248,000 nt of DNA from contig NW_008806277.1 in NCBI RefSeq assembly GCF_000400465.1, positions 20,001 through 268,000 of the forward strand. Reading direction: 5' to 3'. This DNA is from Wallemia ichthyophaga EXF-994 (taxonomy: Eukaryota; Fungi; Basidiomycota). Both the position numbers and the translations under genes were made by a program. Within the stretch, counting starts at the first letter, position 1; each line of letters starts with the position of its first letter. The notes beneath the pieces are model-generated. The model was not told the origin of the DNA and made no database searches. It was given only the letters and a program-made list of their open reading frames with translations. This document shows, piece after piece, positions 82,034 to 98,524 of this stretch.

Positions 82034-84362
82034 CTACTGCCGAATCTTATCCATCCATTTCATAAATATGTTCTTTTTGCCTGCTTTAGCTGTGCCTGTC
82101 CGTGATGATGGTCTTGCTGCTGCCGTCATAGGCGAGCTGCCAATGTCGTTATCGAGTGCGTTTGCGTTTGTATTTGCATTTGCATTTGCATTCGCGTTCG
82201 TGTTTACGTTTACGTTCGGCGACGGTATCCTCTTCCCCCGTCCACTCTTCTCCCGCTCATACTTTTCCCGCTCGAGCTGCTCTCTCTCTCTACGCACACT
82301 AGCTGCATTCAGCCTCGCGCCAGCGGGCGCAGGCGGCGGCGATATTTGTCCGTTACGCGGGTTCGCGTTGGCTGTGCCGTGACTGACGCTCCTCTCTTTC
82401 ATGAACGTCTCTGACATTCCGCTGGCGAATTGGCCGCTGCTGTGTGGCGGTGTAGGCTTGGTGTCTGCTACACTCTCTGCTGCACTCAGAGACCGCCTCC
82501 TGCTTCGTTTTTCCTCTTGTTTCTGCTTCTGCTGTCTCCCGCCGTTGGGTATCTCGGGTGGTATATCGTGCTCTCCCTTACTTCCACTCGCGTTTCCACT
82601 CCCACTCATGCTTTTCAGCCTCACTTTCCCAAACCAGCTGCTGTCTTTGTCGTATGTGCTCGCAGCATGGCTGGTAGATGGCCTCGCTGTAGATTTGTCC
82701 TTCTTGGCAAAAAGCGATCCTGAGGATATGGGTCGAGATGCTGAGCCTGCGTTGGAATTGTTACTCTTGCTTTTGATGGCGCTACTGTTTCCATTGCCAC
82801 TACCACTCCCCATCCCCACACTGCTTACCCTGTCTGCCCCCAGTCCAAAAGGTATATTGAGTGACTTGCGAGAGCTTTGAGATCCAGTGCGTTTCAGATC
82901 ACCACTTTTATTCTTATCTTTGTCCTTTTCTTTGTCTTTGTCATCCTTACTCTCCTTCTTTTCCTCACTCGCAGTCATAACCTGGTTGAGCTTCGACGTG
83001 CTGTTCACTTTAGAAGCACTGGTGAGTGGGGTGAGGGTGGGTGATGGTGGTGCACTAAAAGACCCTTTCTTCTTCAAGTACGACGCCTTGTTTGACTTGT
83101 CCTTGTCCTCCTCTTCCTCCACCAGCGGCACCTGAGGCGAAGGCTTCTCCGCGAGACCAACACTCCCTCTATCAAGATGGACAGTCTCGTAGAAGAAGAC
83201 ATACCCCTCTCCCGCCGGATCGTTTCCGAAGAATTTACTCAGTTCGTGCTCGTCGACAATCGACACCTTATCGTCGTCGAACAGCACCCATCTGTCATAC
83301 GACTTGATGATAGATACGTAATGGCCGTGGTGTGGGCCGCTGTAGGTGCATTAATGATGATTTTGGTAAGCTCGAGTGCAAATATTTACACACCTGCCGA
83401 TATGGATGATGACTGCAAAGAGACTATACATCCTGTCACTGTTTTCAGCACCCTGGCATGTGCTGCTGAGATTGGCAGGCTCGAGAAGGAACGGGAACGC
83501 AACGCGGTACGACAGTTTGATGTAGCGGTTCTGCTCTTCCTGATATTTGAATCGCTTGAGGTGGAGAGCGAGGATGTTTGGGAGCTTCTTGATACGCATC
83601 CTGAATATAGTACAAGGTGTAAGAGGATGGTTTAAACACTCTAATTAAACACTCTTACCATTTTTCAGCTTCCTGCAATCCTCCACAACCATCGCAGAAG
83701 AATTTGTTCTTCTGGCAGAGCATCTCGCGCGTGCTGAAGTTGCTCAGACACTCTGTGACATTGGAGTCTTCCTCGACGTTGATGCTGAGATCGAGAAACG
83801 ACTCATCGCGGTGGGTAATGTTCTCGCAGGTCATGCATTTCGTTTCATTTGTGAGCGTTCCTTCGAAGAGAGAATGTACGAGCGTGTGGGGGGATTTGGT
83901 GAGGCGCGTAAGATCCTCAGCGACTCTATTGAGAAGATAGTTGAGGAACTCATGCGCATCCTGGTGCGTCGTCGATCTGAACAGCTCATTTTCAATTCGA
84001 AGCCTATCGACAAATGATTTGGTGTGAGATACGCCAGTACGCCTAGGCTGCCTGGATATTTCATGGAAAAGATTACGGAGCACTGTGTACATGCTCCTGT
84101 CTACATCCGACGGCAGCCCCAAAATCAATTCTCTTAACGGGCGACAGAAGTAGAGAGATTGGAGAACTGAATTGCAGTAGCACGTATTGCCCAGATTATC
84201 CATCCCGTAGAATCTCTCGAGGTTTCTGTCTGCAACCTGCTCTGCACTCAGTCGCCGCTCTGTTTTCGGGTCCTTTACCAGCGCTGCATCGAGCTCCCTG
84301 CTGCTGATCCCGCTTTGAAGATCCTTGCTGGCTATTCCAAGCCTCTTGAACAACGAGGTCAT
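82034..84362 (-). CDS. Ubiquitin-specific protease (USP12/46, Ubp9/13-like)
   Basis: [26 protein letters not shown]. Confidence 0.88.
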
Positions 84363-84419
84363 CCTGTGCGTCGTTTGCCGTGGCTGCTGTGATCTGAGAG
84401 AGATGAATTAAATAAACAA

Positions 84420-86753
84420 TTAAAATTCATCAGAATCATTTACATCGACATATTTATCTGCCAGCTCATCGTCATCGCTGCTCACGTCTATCATCAGATT
84501 CTTTCGTGGCCGCTGTGTTGGCTTTGTGTTTGAGTTTGTGTTTCTATCAAGCAGCCCAACCGCGACGCGTGGCTGATATATGTGATCTATCTTGCGTCTG
84601 AATTTCTTATAGTTCGGCATATCTCTATCACCTCGAATTTCCTTCTTTTCCTTCTTTTCCCCAGGCTCGTCACGCCTCCGCAGCGGAATGAGTTTCATCG
84701 GAATAATGCAATCGCCGAGAGCGCGCTGAAATCCACTCCCATCCAGCTGCAGATCATCATCAAAGTCATCTCCTTCCCTACCCTTCTTTCCAGCCTCTTT
84801 TCCAACCACTTTTTCAACTCCACCGGACTTGCTCCCAGGCACACTCTCAGGCACCCGCGAAGCCTGTCTCTGCGCAGCCGCTAATACCTCCTGCTCAGCT
84901 ATGCGCGCATGTTGTGCAGCTACCTTCGCATTCCGCTCTTCCAATAGCGTTTTCTTTCTCCTCATCATATGCTCATTGAGAAAATCGTGTTTTTGGGGCG
85001 CTGCCATCTGCTCCTCTACTCTCTCACGCGCCGTCTTGCGTTTCTGAATTATTTGCGGTGTCGGGGGTGGTATGTGCGATTGCAGCTGCGACAGCAATTG
85101 CGTCGGTGCGGGGGAAGACACATGTGGTGCCGTTGGCTGAGGTGCTGGGAAAGGCTCTTCATCGGAGTCGTCGATGTTTATTGTCTGCATTCGACGCGTG
85201 TTTGCTCGTCTGCGCAGGGTGCTTTGTTGTTGATGGGGCTGATAGGGTTGCTGGGGTTGCTTTGTTGGAGATGATTCCTCTGCTTTCTCTTCTGGCTGCT
85301 GCAATTGCGATGTCTCTTCGTGTTGTTTCTGTTGTTGTTGCTGTTGCGCGTTCGCACTTGTATGCACATCATCATCATCAGAATCATCAATGTTACGGGC
85401 CAATGCGCGTCTCGCGCCTGCTCGTTTACCAAGTTGTAATGTTGTATTTTTCCCTGGCTGCTGCGGTTGTCGCAATTGCACTGTTTCTGCTTTCTCCTGA
85501 GCAGGTGGTGCAGCTGACGTGCTATTTTCACCATCATCGTCTAGGTCATTAGAATGCACTCTCGCAGCACCGCTTCTCTTAATCAACTTTCTCTGTGGTG
85601 CTTTCGGTGCCTCAGCTTCCTCTATCCCATCCAGTGCTTTGCGCTTCCTGCTTTGGGAGGGCTCTTGAGAAGGTGCTCTAGAAGAAGAGGATGGTTGTGA
85701 TTCATGCCGAGGTGCATCTACTCTCTCTTCACATGGCACAGCCTCTAAACAATCCACATCAATCTCCATAATAGCTCTATTCACCGAGGAGCATTCCATA
85801 TGCTGAATACCAACTTGTTGAGCAGCTTGCGATATCGCATTCGACCATGCTACACCCTCGCCCAACAACCTGTCGCTTACATCTGTTGGGAGAATAATCT
85901 GGGTGTTTTTCGTACATGTGCGCTCAATTGCTGATGCGACATTGTCCGCTTTGATGGATGTGTTGATTGGTTTAACACTTGCACCGCAATGCGTTAGTAT
86001 GTCGATATAAGCAGATGATAGGAGATCAACAATCACGTAGAAGGTGTGTCCGCTAAATAACCTCAATCTACTCTCAGAAATGAGCCAGAAAGCATCAGAT
86101 TGAATTTTTTCATTGGAAACTGCTGATGGCAGATGATCTGAAGTGACAGTGGGGAGTATAGAATCGATATTGTCTGACAATATAGACTGGTAGACGCTTT
86201 CAAGGTAGCCTCTGTTGACGATAGGTTTGAGGGAGGTTAGAGCAGCGAGTACTTTAGTATTGAGAGATCTTTCTGGATGGACTAGGTAGTCATAGGAGGA
86301 CTTCCAATGACCCCTACCGAATTTTAAACCCTTTTCCGCGTAACAGAGTGTCTCAGAGTTGAATGAAGATTTTGAAGTGAATAGGGAGGAGACATTGAAA
86401 TGAATTGGGCGCCAAATCACAGTCATAGCGATAGCTTGATTGGCAAGGTATATAATGTCACCGTGTTCAATCTCAGTTGAACTGTTTTCGAGCATCGTCG
86501 GTGGGCTGTCTGGTTTGACTACTTTAGCTTTCTTGTTTGCGTGTATTGTGAGAGGATATTTTGCTTGTATATCATCCCTCTTTGTCACGTCAACATCACC
86601 GGCTATCACGTCACAGTGATTAGCCCTACTAATCAACTTATGGTTGAATTTGATTTCTGAGGATTTCCTTCCGATCGAAGTTGTCTTTGAGGGTTTCAAG
86701 AAAAAGAAGCTGTGAGTGTTTTCGTTGGTGTTGTAGCAGTCTAGTGTGTACAT
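84420..86753 (-). CDS. NBS1: Nibrin/Nbs1 (FHA-BRCT)
   Basis: FHA SIGRK..ISRANH; C-terminal NYKKFRR Mre11-binding-like motif. Confidence 0.7.
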   Translation of the reverse strand: MYTLDCYNTNENTHSFFFLKPSKTTSIGRKSSEIKFNHKLISRANHCDVIAGDVDVTKRDDIQAKYPLTIHANKKAKVVKPDSPPTMLENSSTEIEHGDIIYLANQAIAMTVIWRPIHFNVSSLFTSKSSFNSETLCYAEKGLKFGRGHWKSSYDYLVHPERSLNTKVLAALTSLKPIVNRGYLESVYQSILSDNIDSILPTVTSDHLPSAVSNEKIQSDAFWLISESRLRLFSGHTFYVIVDLLSSAYIDILTHCGASVKPINTSIKADNVASAIERTCTKNTQIILPTDVSDRLLGEGVAWSNAISQAAQQVGIQHMECSSVNRAIMEIDVDCLEAVPCEERVDAPRHESQPSSSSRAPSQEPSQSRKRKALDGIEEAEAPKAPQRKLIKRSGAARVHSNDLDDDGENSTSAAPPAQEKAETVQLRQPQQPGKNTTLQLGKRAGARRALARNIDDSDDDDVHTSANAQQQQQQKQHEETSQLQQPEEKAEESSPTKQPQQPYQPHQQQSTLRRRANTRRMQTINIDDSDEEPFPAPQPTAPHVSSPAPTQLLSQLQSHIPPPTPQIIQKRKTARERVEEQMAAPQKHDFLNEHMMRRKKTLLEERNAKVAAQHARIAEQEVLAAAQRQASRVPESVPGSKSGGVEKVVGKEAGKKGREGDDFDDDLQLDGSGFQRALGDCIIPMKLIPLRRRDEPGEKKEKKEIRGDRDMPNYKKFRRKIDHIYQPRVAVGLLDRNTNSNTKPTQRPRKNLMIDVSSDDDELADKYVDVNDSDEF

Positions 86754-86926
86754 TGAAGTGGAGTGGTAAGGAGGATAGTGCTTTGAATTGTAATGCTTGA
86801 AAGCTAATTGAATTGCTTGAATTTACTATTTCAGTTGAATTGAATTAAAGTCAAGTAATTTAGAAGCCCCTTGTTCTTGAACGGTGGTGACGTAGTAAAA
86901 TCAATTTAGTCAAATAAGAAGCTTGA

Positions 86927-89279
<2,353 letters not shown>

Positions 89280-89360
89280 GATTTCAACGATCTATGTAAA
89301 GAAAGATATATAGGTATACAGATATGCATAATGACGATAACGATGATAATGATGACGCTC

Positions 89361-90209
89361 TCACACACCACTCTTGCCCGGCCTCGCTACCAAAGCTGCA
89401 GAAGCCTGATTGGTGGGAAAGATGAGGGAGCTGGCAGTTTGGACGTGCGGAGGACGGCTAGTGACCCAGATGATATCTTCTGCTACATCGTGTGGCGTGA
89501 GAGGGTCTAGATCCTTATAGACATTGCTAGCCTTATCAGTATCTCCGCGGAAACGCACCTCGCTGAATTCCGTCTCGACCAAACCAGGCTGAATTTCCGA
89601 GACGCGGATGGGAGTGCTGATGAGTTCTTTCATGAGAGAGTTAGTGAAAGCTCTAGCAGCGTGCTTAGTGCTGCAGTAGATGCTGCCGTTAGGATAAGGT
89701 TCGATGCCGGCGATAGAGCCGATAGTGACGACATGACCGTTGTTACGCTGTTTGAAGTGGTTGACGAGTATTTGGGTGAGTTTGATAAGACCGGTGACGT
89801 TGGTGGAGTACATCAGGGCTACGTCGTCGTCGGCGATATCTCCCACAGCTTCGATGCCCTTGACTAGACCGGCGTTGTTGATGAGAATGTCGATGTGGGG
89901 GAAAGTGGATCGCTGGAGAATAGTGGAGATGTCTTCGTTGCTGGTCATATCTAAAGAAATTGCTTGGTGTGCGCCGTGGGGATTGAGTTGGCGTGCTTGA
90001 GCGACGATATCTTGCAGCCTGTCTAATCTACGAGCAGCGAGGAGGACATTTGCACCGCATTGGGCGTATAATAGGGCAGTGGACTTGCCGATGCCGCTGG
90101 AGGCACCAGTGACGAGGACATTCTTCCCTTCTGCGGGGGAAGTTAGTGGGGAATCAGTGAGAATAAGTATAAACATACGTAATCTATGAGTTGATAGAAT
90201 TTGGGACAT
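89361..90209 (-). CDS. NADP-dependent short-chain dehydrogenase (YdfG/YMR226C-like)
   Basis: TGASSGIG, NNAGLVKG, YCSTK. Confidence 0.88.
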   Translation of the reverse strand: MSQILSTHRLRMFILILTDSPLTSPAEGKNVLVTGASSGIGKSTALLYAQCGANVLLAARRLDRLQDIVAQARQLNPHGAHQAISLDMTSNEDISTILQRSTFPHIDILINNAGLVKGIEAVGDIADDDVALMYSTNVTGLIKLTQILVNHFKQRNNGHVVTIGSIAGIEPYPNGSIYCSTKHAARAFTNSLMKELISTPIRVSEIQPGLVETEFSEVRFRGDTDKASNVYKDLDPLTPHDVAEDIIWVTSRPPHVQTASSLIFPTNQASAALVARPGKSGV

Positions 90210-90273
90210 TTTAATTGACTATAGATGATGGACGTTCGGGTTCAAGAGGGTTTCTCTGTTCGCTACAGCCATT

Positions 90274-91317
90274 ATGTAAATTGGGTTTAATTGAAATGGC
90301 AGCAACTGATTGAATCAATCACAGGACACATGTACTCCCAGCTAATCTGTTAAAGGTGATTAGATAATCTTGTGTACGCTGGTTACTCACTCACAGTTGC
90401 AGCTATTTGCACCACGGCCACCACTCTCTTATGCTAAACCACTGGAGCGTGATCCAACGCGTGGAAAGAGGAATACGATTACAGGGATTGCCGGTTTGAT
90501 GGATTCGATTAGGTACGAGAATGAGAAAGTTACAGACGATCAGGATGAGAAGGCACAGCAGAATGGAATCAATGACAACGATAGGAAATCCCAACTTCAG
90601 GCTGAAAAAGCTACAAAGAGAAAGGACACCTTCAACAGCGCACTCAGTCAGTACAACCCACAATCAGACAGTGAAGCTATCGGTGATCCCTTCAAAACGC
90701 TCTTCATTGCACGCTTAACCGCTGAAACCAATGAATCCGATTTACGTAAGGAATTTGAAGTCTATGGCCCTGTGGAAAGAGTTCGTATTGTTCGTCATAA
90801 AGACACGGGAAACAGCCGCCGTTATGCCTTCATTATATTCGAAAAGGAACGCGATATGAAAGCAGCGTATAAGGATGCTGAGGGTTTGAAAATCAATGGC
90901 AATAGAATCCTCGTTGACGTCGAACGCGGTCGTACCGTAAAGAATTGGAAACCTAGGCGTTTAGGCGGTGGTTTGGGTGGTAAACCTAAAGTGGTTATCC
91001 CCGACTTACCTCCGCCACGAGGACCTCGAGGCCCTCCTGGTGGTTCTAGAGGTGGTTTTGGTCCTCCAGGTCCACGAAGAAGCGATGGCGGTGGTAGATT
91101 TGGTCCTCCAGGTGGTGGTCCTGGTCGCTTTAGCCGCGACCGCGACCGTGATCGTGATGGTCCTAGATTCGGTGGTGATCGCCCAATGCGTCACTGGGGT
91201 GGCCCTCCACGCGATAGAGATAGAGGTGATAGAGACGGCCCCAGAAGATCTTTTGGCGGTTTCAAGAGGGAATTTGACGGTGGAGACGATCGGGATGCCA
91301 AGCGTTATAGATATTAG
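90274..91317 (+). CDS. SNP1: U1 snRNP 70K
   Basis: LFAPRPPL, RRM, VDVERGRTVKNWKPRRLGGGLGG. Confidence 0.92.
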
Positions 91318-91393
91318 CTGGCTGGGTCATAATATGTGGTACTTTTGTACAAACGAATTTAATTATTGATTCACTAGTCTCTTCTTAACCGTG

Positions 91394-92951
91394 ATGACCT
91401 CATCACCGAATTCGAACGACTCGAAGAAACGCAAAATGAAATCCTTCGATGAGCTATTCGCTGATGCAGCACCGGAGAAAGCCAAGGGTACGCGACAGAC
91501 GACGCCTCACGCGACGGATGTGCGATGGCTGCGAGTGGGAGGAGGGGGAGCCGGGGGAGCTAACCAAGGCGATGATCAATCAGGCTATTGGTGGCCAGTG
91601 CGAAGTTTAGACGAAGGCGCAGTGGAAGTGTATGGCGACGACGGGCATGGATTCCGCCGGCGGGTCAAAGCAGACAAGGAGTCGCTGGCCACATTCAAGC
91701 GCGAGGGCGTAGTGCGATATACCCCACAGACCTTCTACACGCACGAAACTCCGCCTCCCTGTCTCGTCGACGCTTTTCAAACAGCCGTCAAAAGCGCCAG
91801 CATCGACGACGAGGATAGCAAGGATGACCTGCCTGATGTGGACGTAGCGTTGTATGTCTCAACCCCATCGGCTAGCCAGGTTGGGCAGGTTACCCAAGTG
91901 GACTCGGACTCGTCCCCGGTGAGCACACAAGGGCAGACTGAGACGCATTCAGGGCATTCAGAGCACTTGAATCACTCCCAGCACCTGATTCAACCCGATC
92001 GAGACATCAATATAGCGGAGAAGGAAGGTGTCTTGTCGCGCTACTACAAGTCATCCAAGACACACTGGCCAGCACGCGTCATTGGGTTTGACAGCGGACT
92101 CTACTTGCTCGAATTCAACGACGCGACTGTGCGCAAACTGCCGCGCGCATGTTTCTTTACGTGCGCCGAAAAAGGTTTTCGGGAGTGCGAGCTGGGGATG
92201 CTGGAGAAGGTGGGCGGGGACCAGAAGAAGAAGAAGCGAGGGGACAAGAGCAGGTATGAGTATGGGCGTGAGGGCGGGAATAGGAGTGAGCTCACCTGCT
92301 CACACACTCGCACTCAGCCTCGCATGCCCCCCACAGAGGTGTTTGGGGAGCTGGACATGGCGACACAAGTGCAGCTGTGTCTGCCCATCATCGACCGCAT
92401 AATCCACGAGCAGTACACGCCCGCTCTGGAGAAGCACAAGCAGTTTGTCAGAGGCGGTCTCTCCCGCAAGGCCGTTGGAAAGCAGGTGTGTTATGGGGAA
92501 TTCAGCGGCTGTCGCGACGAGATTGTGGAAATAATACGCGAGTATTTGAAGGTGTGTGCAGCGTGCTGGCTAGCTAGCTAGTTAGGCATACACACACACG
92601 AATACGCTAACACCCCGCTCACACCAGCCAGGCGAGGAGGGAGAGGAAAGTGCGCAGGAAAAGGCCTACGAGAAGCTCACGCCGCCGGAACGCGTTGCTT
92701 ATATGCTCGATGTACTTTTCCCGGAAGTGCTCATCCAGATTGTCATCCACTCGGAAGGACTGGATGGAGAGAGCGCGAGCGGATACAGGCGGGCGTGCGA
92801 AATACTCAAAGCGGAGTCTGCGGACCGCGACTGGATCGATAGGATCTACGCTCAGAGACAGTTCCACGAGCCGTCCACACCCACGCAGCAGCCCGAGCAG
92901 CAGCTGTACCACTCGTCAGGCAGGCCTGTGCGGAAGAAGACAGGGCGATAG
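91394..92951 (+). CDS. Hypothetical Tudor/PWWP-like chromatin protein
   Basis: YWWP and HWPARV motifs. Confidence 0.45.
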
Positions 92952-93038
92952 TGGTTGTGGCTTAATCGGATTTGATTTTTGATTTTCGCGTACCACTTAC
93001 AGGCTACAGCCCAGCCATCCCGCTTGTACTGCTACACT

Positions 93039-93917
93039 ATGACGTTGATCGACTTTCCTAAGTGCGAGTGCGAGGGCGAGATTGAGAAGGCTACACACAC
93101 ACAAGCCACATCACGCAAATTTCCGCTCAGTCTGCCTTTCGATCTGCGTATGTTTGCGGTGACTTGGCGCCCGCGGCCGGCGACCGCCCCCACATACACA
93201 GCCACCGTCAACGAGAAGCGGATCGCACTGGGCGTAGAGCTGCTCGAGAAGGCTATCGAGGCTGACAGGAGGCGCGACGATGAGCTCTGCTGTACGTATG
93301 CGATTTACAGCGCTCTATCGCTGCAGCTGCCCGATAAGACGCGTTCTGAAATTTATAACAGATGAGGCATATTTCCACGCGGTGGACCTAATATTCAGTG
93401 CAATCAACGAGCGCAAGGAGATGGACTCAAGGCGCATGGAGCACCTCGAGAGCATGATCAATTGCCATTTGCTCAAGCTGGGACTGACGCCAGTGAGCTG
93501 CACAAAAGACCGCGGCGGCGGTTGGCGGGAAGGAGTAATTGAGACGAGCACCGCGATAGCCGTGGCTGCCAAGAAAAGCAAAGTGGGGAAGCGTACTGCT
93601 GTTGGTTTGCTACTCACGCTGCTCAGCTCCACCAATACGCGTTGGGCGGGTTAATCAGCATCGTCAACGCACTCAGACAACTCAATGAGAGATTTCAAAT
93701 ATCTTGGCGTCTCGTCAACGCACTCGAACGCGCAGTCGCGCTCTTTGTCCGCCTTGATAGCCACTTGGGTCTCCACCAATCAGCTTGCGAGATTGGCTGG
93801 ACGGCGTGGGAGGCCACAGTGAAAGCTGCGATAGCTTATGCTCAAGCGGGTGCGTCGACGGCAACATCTCCAGCGTCATCTTCGGTGTCATCTCCATCTC
93901 GAGTGAAATACCAGTAG
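93039..93917 (+). CDS. MIT-domain-like hypothetical protein
   Basis: LGVELLEKAIEAD; introns. Confidence 0.4.
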
Positions 93918-94019
93918 TCTTTAGATGAATTGATATAATTTCTGTATTTAATAAAGCATTTTAAGTTCAATAAACTATAAACACATCTTGGTAGTGTACA
94001 ACGACGATCAGCGCTAGAG

Positions 94020-97000
94020 ATGAACAAGCCACGCGAGTCAAAAGTGGTCGATATTGACAGCAGCGACGATGACGCGGCGGGCGATGACAGCAACAAGCGC
94101 AAGGATGGCGTAATTGATCTTACCAACGACGACGACGATGATGTTGTTATCAAGAGCACGCCAAAGCCACAGCCACCACAGCAGCCAATATCATTCGATC
94201 CGCTGTCTCCATCTGCACCGGTGTGTATTGGTGAAATAACATGCACTGCACTCGTGATGATTCCTTCGAATTATATCCAAACGACTCCCGAGGTTTGGAA
94301 GGACGTCCGCTTGGCTTATGTGCCTCAACTCAATCATTCTACTCAGAATCCTCCAATTGAAACTATACGCGTATACCCTCCTGCTCATGTTCTCGGACAG
94401 ACTCCTGCACTTAGCCTCGGTGCTGGTCAGATGCGCATCCAGGACAGCTTTGCCGTTGTTGATCGCCGCACTGCGGGCGTTTTGGGCCCTTTGATGCTTC
94501 AGCGTTGTGTACGAATTGAAGGCGTCGTTAAAACAAAGTCAGGAAGCGTGAGTTGAGTTGCTTATCTAATAGTCCACTCTCACCCATCTACAAACAGCCA
94601 ATGATGCTCCCTATGAAACTCCTTCTATTCACCAGACGTGACTTAATGGAGAAAATTGCACACGTTGTCCTCCACGCAGGCATTGCCATCGAAGAGCCAG
94701 AAAGATATAGACCAGACAAACATTGCAACGCTTGGTATGAGTCGCCTGCTATTGTCAAGACCTTTAGTAAACATGGTTTTCCTTCTACTAATATACCCTC
94801 CTATGGCCCACTCACTAATGACTCGTCCTCCTCCCTCAATCCTTACTCTTATCGGCCTCAATACACTGGCCACGCAAAGACAACCGAAGTCAATCGCTCT
94901 CAGCAAGCTAACGAAATGCTTGGCAAAATATCCGTCGATGAACTCCCTGAAACTCTCGCTTCATCTAGAATAGCGACTACTCTCTACCCTCATCAGAAAC
95001 AGGCGCTGACTTTTTTACTTGAGTGCGAACGTGATCCTCGTAGATCCACAAATGAATCTGACAAATTCTCCTTCTGGAAGCAAAGTAAAGATAAAAGGAA
95101 ATTCCAGCATATTATCACACACAACTACCTCAACCAGGAACCTGCTGGATGTCGCGGTGCTATTTTAGCAGACGATATGGGACTCGGTAAGACTATCTCA
95201 GTTGTCGCGTTGATTGCGTCCACGTTCGAGTCTGCAAATGATTATGCATTGGCTGGTCCGAGTAAATCAGACACAGAAAAAAAACCAAAGAGGCAGGAAA
95301 TGAAAGCTCCAGATGCTTCCCATTTCAGTAGCAAATTCGCTATACCTGGCATGCCTCAATCTAACTCTGGTATTACCGACTCATTTCGAAAAGAAAATGA
95401 CGACCAACTCGAAGGTGCTTCTGGAAAATCACGTCGATTGCGCAAAGAGAGGCTTCAAATTAGGAGTAAAGCGACTGTAATTGTCAGTCCCTTATCTACG
95501 CTAAGTAATTGGGAGGAACAGTTCAGTGATCACATGACAACTAAGCCGCATTTCTATCGTCATGAGGAAAGACCGCCAAGAAAACGCAAAGACGATGGAC
95601 TGAATATTTATATATATCATGGCAATAATCGCAAGAAAGAGGTGTCATTTCTGATGCAATTTGATGTCATTCTCACCGCCTTCTCCACCGTCGCTACTGA
95701 GTTCAGCAAACAGGATACTGCCATCAAGAAACTTCATCTTGCGCAAGAGAAATGGGATGAGATGTTGGAGAATGGTACGGCTTTCGCGAATACCAATGGA
95801 GTTAGCGACGATGATGTATCCTTTGTGTCTGACAGTGCAAGCGCATCCGGAGCCTCCTCATCGAAACCTACCAAGTTGCCACCATCATCATCATCATCAT
95901 CGACGTCCAAGCCAAAGGGTAAAGGCAAGCGTAAGAAGAAGGGTGAGGATGATCTTGAGGGTCTCTGTCCAGAGATGCTAGCAGAATTGGAGCAGAATGC
96001 CATCAACTATACTTCTCCACTTCAGCAAATCGAGTGGTTCAGAATTGTGCTCGACGAAGCCCACTATATCAAAGATCCATCAACCATGATGTCAAAGGCA
96101 GCTTCTGAACTAGCAGCTGAGAGAAGGTTGTGTTTGACGGGTACGCCTATCCAGAACAAAATTGAAGACCTTTATGCTCTGTTGAGGTTCTTGCATCTCG
96201 AACCATTTGATGAGCGCGAGACGTGGAACACGTTTATTGGCACACCCATTAAGCAGCAGCTCAATGTAGGATTTGCGAGGATCCAGATAATTATGAAGCA
96301 TATAACTATGCGTCGTACCAAGGAAATGAAGAATAAGGATGGTACCCCGATTGTCTCCCTCCCTGATCGGTCTGATGAGTTGCGTTCGTTGGAATTCAAC
96401 CCCCGAGAGAGGGCTATATATGAAAATCAACATGGTAAATCTAAGGACAAGTATCTAGATTTACGTGATGCTGATGGTTTGTCACGTGGTGGTTTTATTA
96501 GTATTTTGCAGGTATGTTGGAGTATGAGTGGTTGGTGATGCAAATTAACACTTTAAAGGAATTACTTCGTTTGAGGATGATATGCGACCATTACTGTCTA
96601 TGTCCAGATGCTGTGAACGCGTTTGCTGAATCACCACTCGCACAAGCGCAAGCTATCTTTCAGGTAATGCGCGACTCAGAAACTGCAAATTGTTTGGAAT
96701 GCTACTACGACTTTGTCCAAGCGCAGCTCCCTGGTGCGCCCAAGGAAGAAGAGGACGAGAAGCCGCTGTATGATGAAAAAGATAGGGATTTCAAAAAGCC
96801 GAAGAAGGAAGCAGGAGGAGGAGGAGGAGCACCAAGTAATGCCGTGGCACTTCCAGTTCTCAATCTCCAGTGTAACCATCTGTTATGCAGCAACTGCATA
96901 CAAAAACACATTGGCGTATGGCCCGAATTCGAGCCATTTAATTGTCCAGATTGCAAGGAGCTGGTCAGCGATCGTGAAAAGATTATCCAAATCAGTAACT

Positions 97001-97766
97001 TCAACGACACCTTTGCGTCTGTCGACAACGATCTCGCCAAGTTTGAAGACGAGCTGCCGACTTCGAAGCGGAAGAAAAGGATCGAAAGACCGGAGGAGTT
97101 TTCGACCAAGATAGAAGCACTGCTTCACGATCTCGCTGAAATATCAACAACGAATCCTCACTCACCCAACTACGACACACTCAATTTCGATGTCGACATC
97201 AAAGCTACACCGAACAAAACGATCGTATTCAGTCAGTGGACGTCTATGCTGGATTTGATTGAATATGGATTGAAGGAGTGTCAAATTGGATACGGTAGAC
97301 TCGATGGAACTATGCAGCGTGATCAGCGTGCTTTCGCTCTTGAAAGACTCAAATTTGATCCCAAGTGCGAAGTGCTCCTTATATCACTGCGTGCAGGTGG
97401 TGTAGGATTGAATCTGGTGAGTTGTGTGGTACATAGTGTACAACCCTCTCACACACCTGGCAGACTACAGCAAATAGAGTATACATGATGGACAGCTGGT
97501 GGAACGTCGCAGTGGAGAACCAAGCAGTCGACCGTGTGTGTCGTATTGGTCAAAAACGCCCCGTGCAGGTCGTCCGCTATATCATACAGAACACTATCGA
97601 GGAGCGCATTCTGCAGATACAAGAACGCAAAACAGAGCTCTTCAAGGGCGTCCTCGGATCTGGACGCCAGAGGTCCAAGGAAGAGGAGAGGAAGGAGATG
97701 CTCGAGAATATCGCTATCATGTTTGGAGAGTCGCCCGAGTCTGCGCATGTGAGGAAAAACATGTAG
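94020..97766 (+). CDS. SNF2-family RING helicase (Rad5/Rad16-like)
   Basis: GAILADDMGLGKT, VLDEAH, GTPIQN, RING, SLRAGGVGLNL. Confidence 0.9.
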
Positions 97767-98524
97767 ATGGTTGCATCGCTGTAATCTTTTCAACTCATTC
97801 ACTCATCTTTGTGGCTGGGCTGGGCTTGTCTCAGCTTTCTCAGTCGACTTTTTTTTTTAATCTCTTTTATCTTTCATTCCCCCTTACTCAGCAAACACAC
97901 AAGCATGTATCACTATGTCTTCTCAATTTTATTTATTTGTATTTAGTTTATTTGGTTGTAGGCTGTATCCATTCTATCCATTCTATCTAATCATTTGAAA
98001 CCTTTGTGAAACATTTATGAAACATATTGTCAAGTGCGATCATGGAGTGCATGGATAGACAGCTAGGTCAATCCAATGCAGGAAAGCTAAGCATGCTCCT
98101 ATGTATTCTCATTGTACGTACTTCGCTGAGGAAGGCACAGCGCTGTCTTGGAAGAAGGCTTGGCTATACCCAAATGTAAAAAACCCTAAAAATCAAACAC
98201 CTGCGTCATATGCCTGCATGATCACTTAAAATAGGCATTAGGGGGACATTTTGCTACAAGGCTCCCAACATCCTTTCACGGCTCCTCTCAGTAAATCGGC
98301 ATTGTTCTTCATCTTTAGTTATACCAGAACAGCACATATATCTTTTTTTCTCTTAAGCGGAGCATTTGTTGGTTTAAATGTTAAGAGTTAGTTAAATTGA
98401 CATTCTCAAACAATGATCAGAATGCCTCAAATTAATGTAAAGGTAGATTATATACAATACGCTGCCATAAAATTACTATGAGTGTCAGTATAATATGATT
98501 ACGTGCGCTGAATTTTGAACAAGA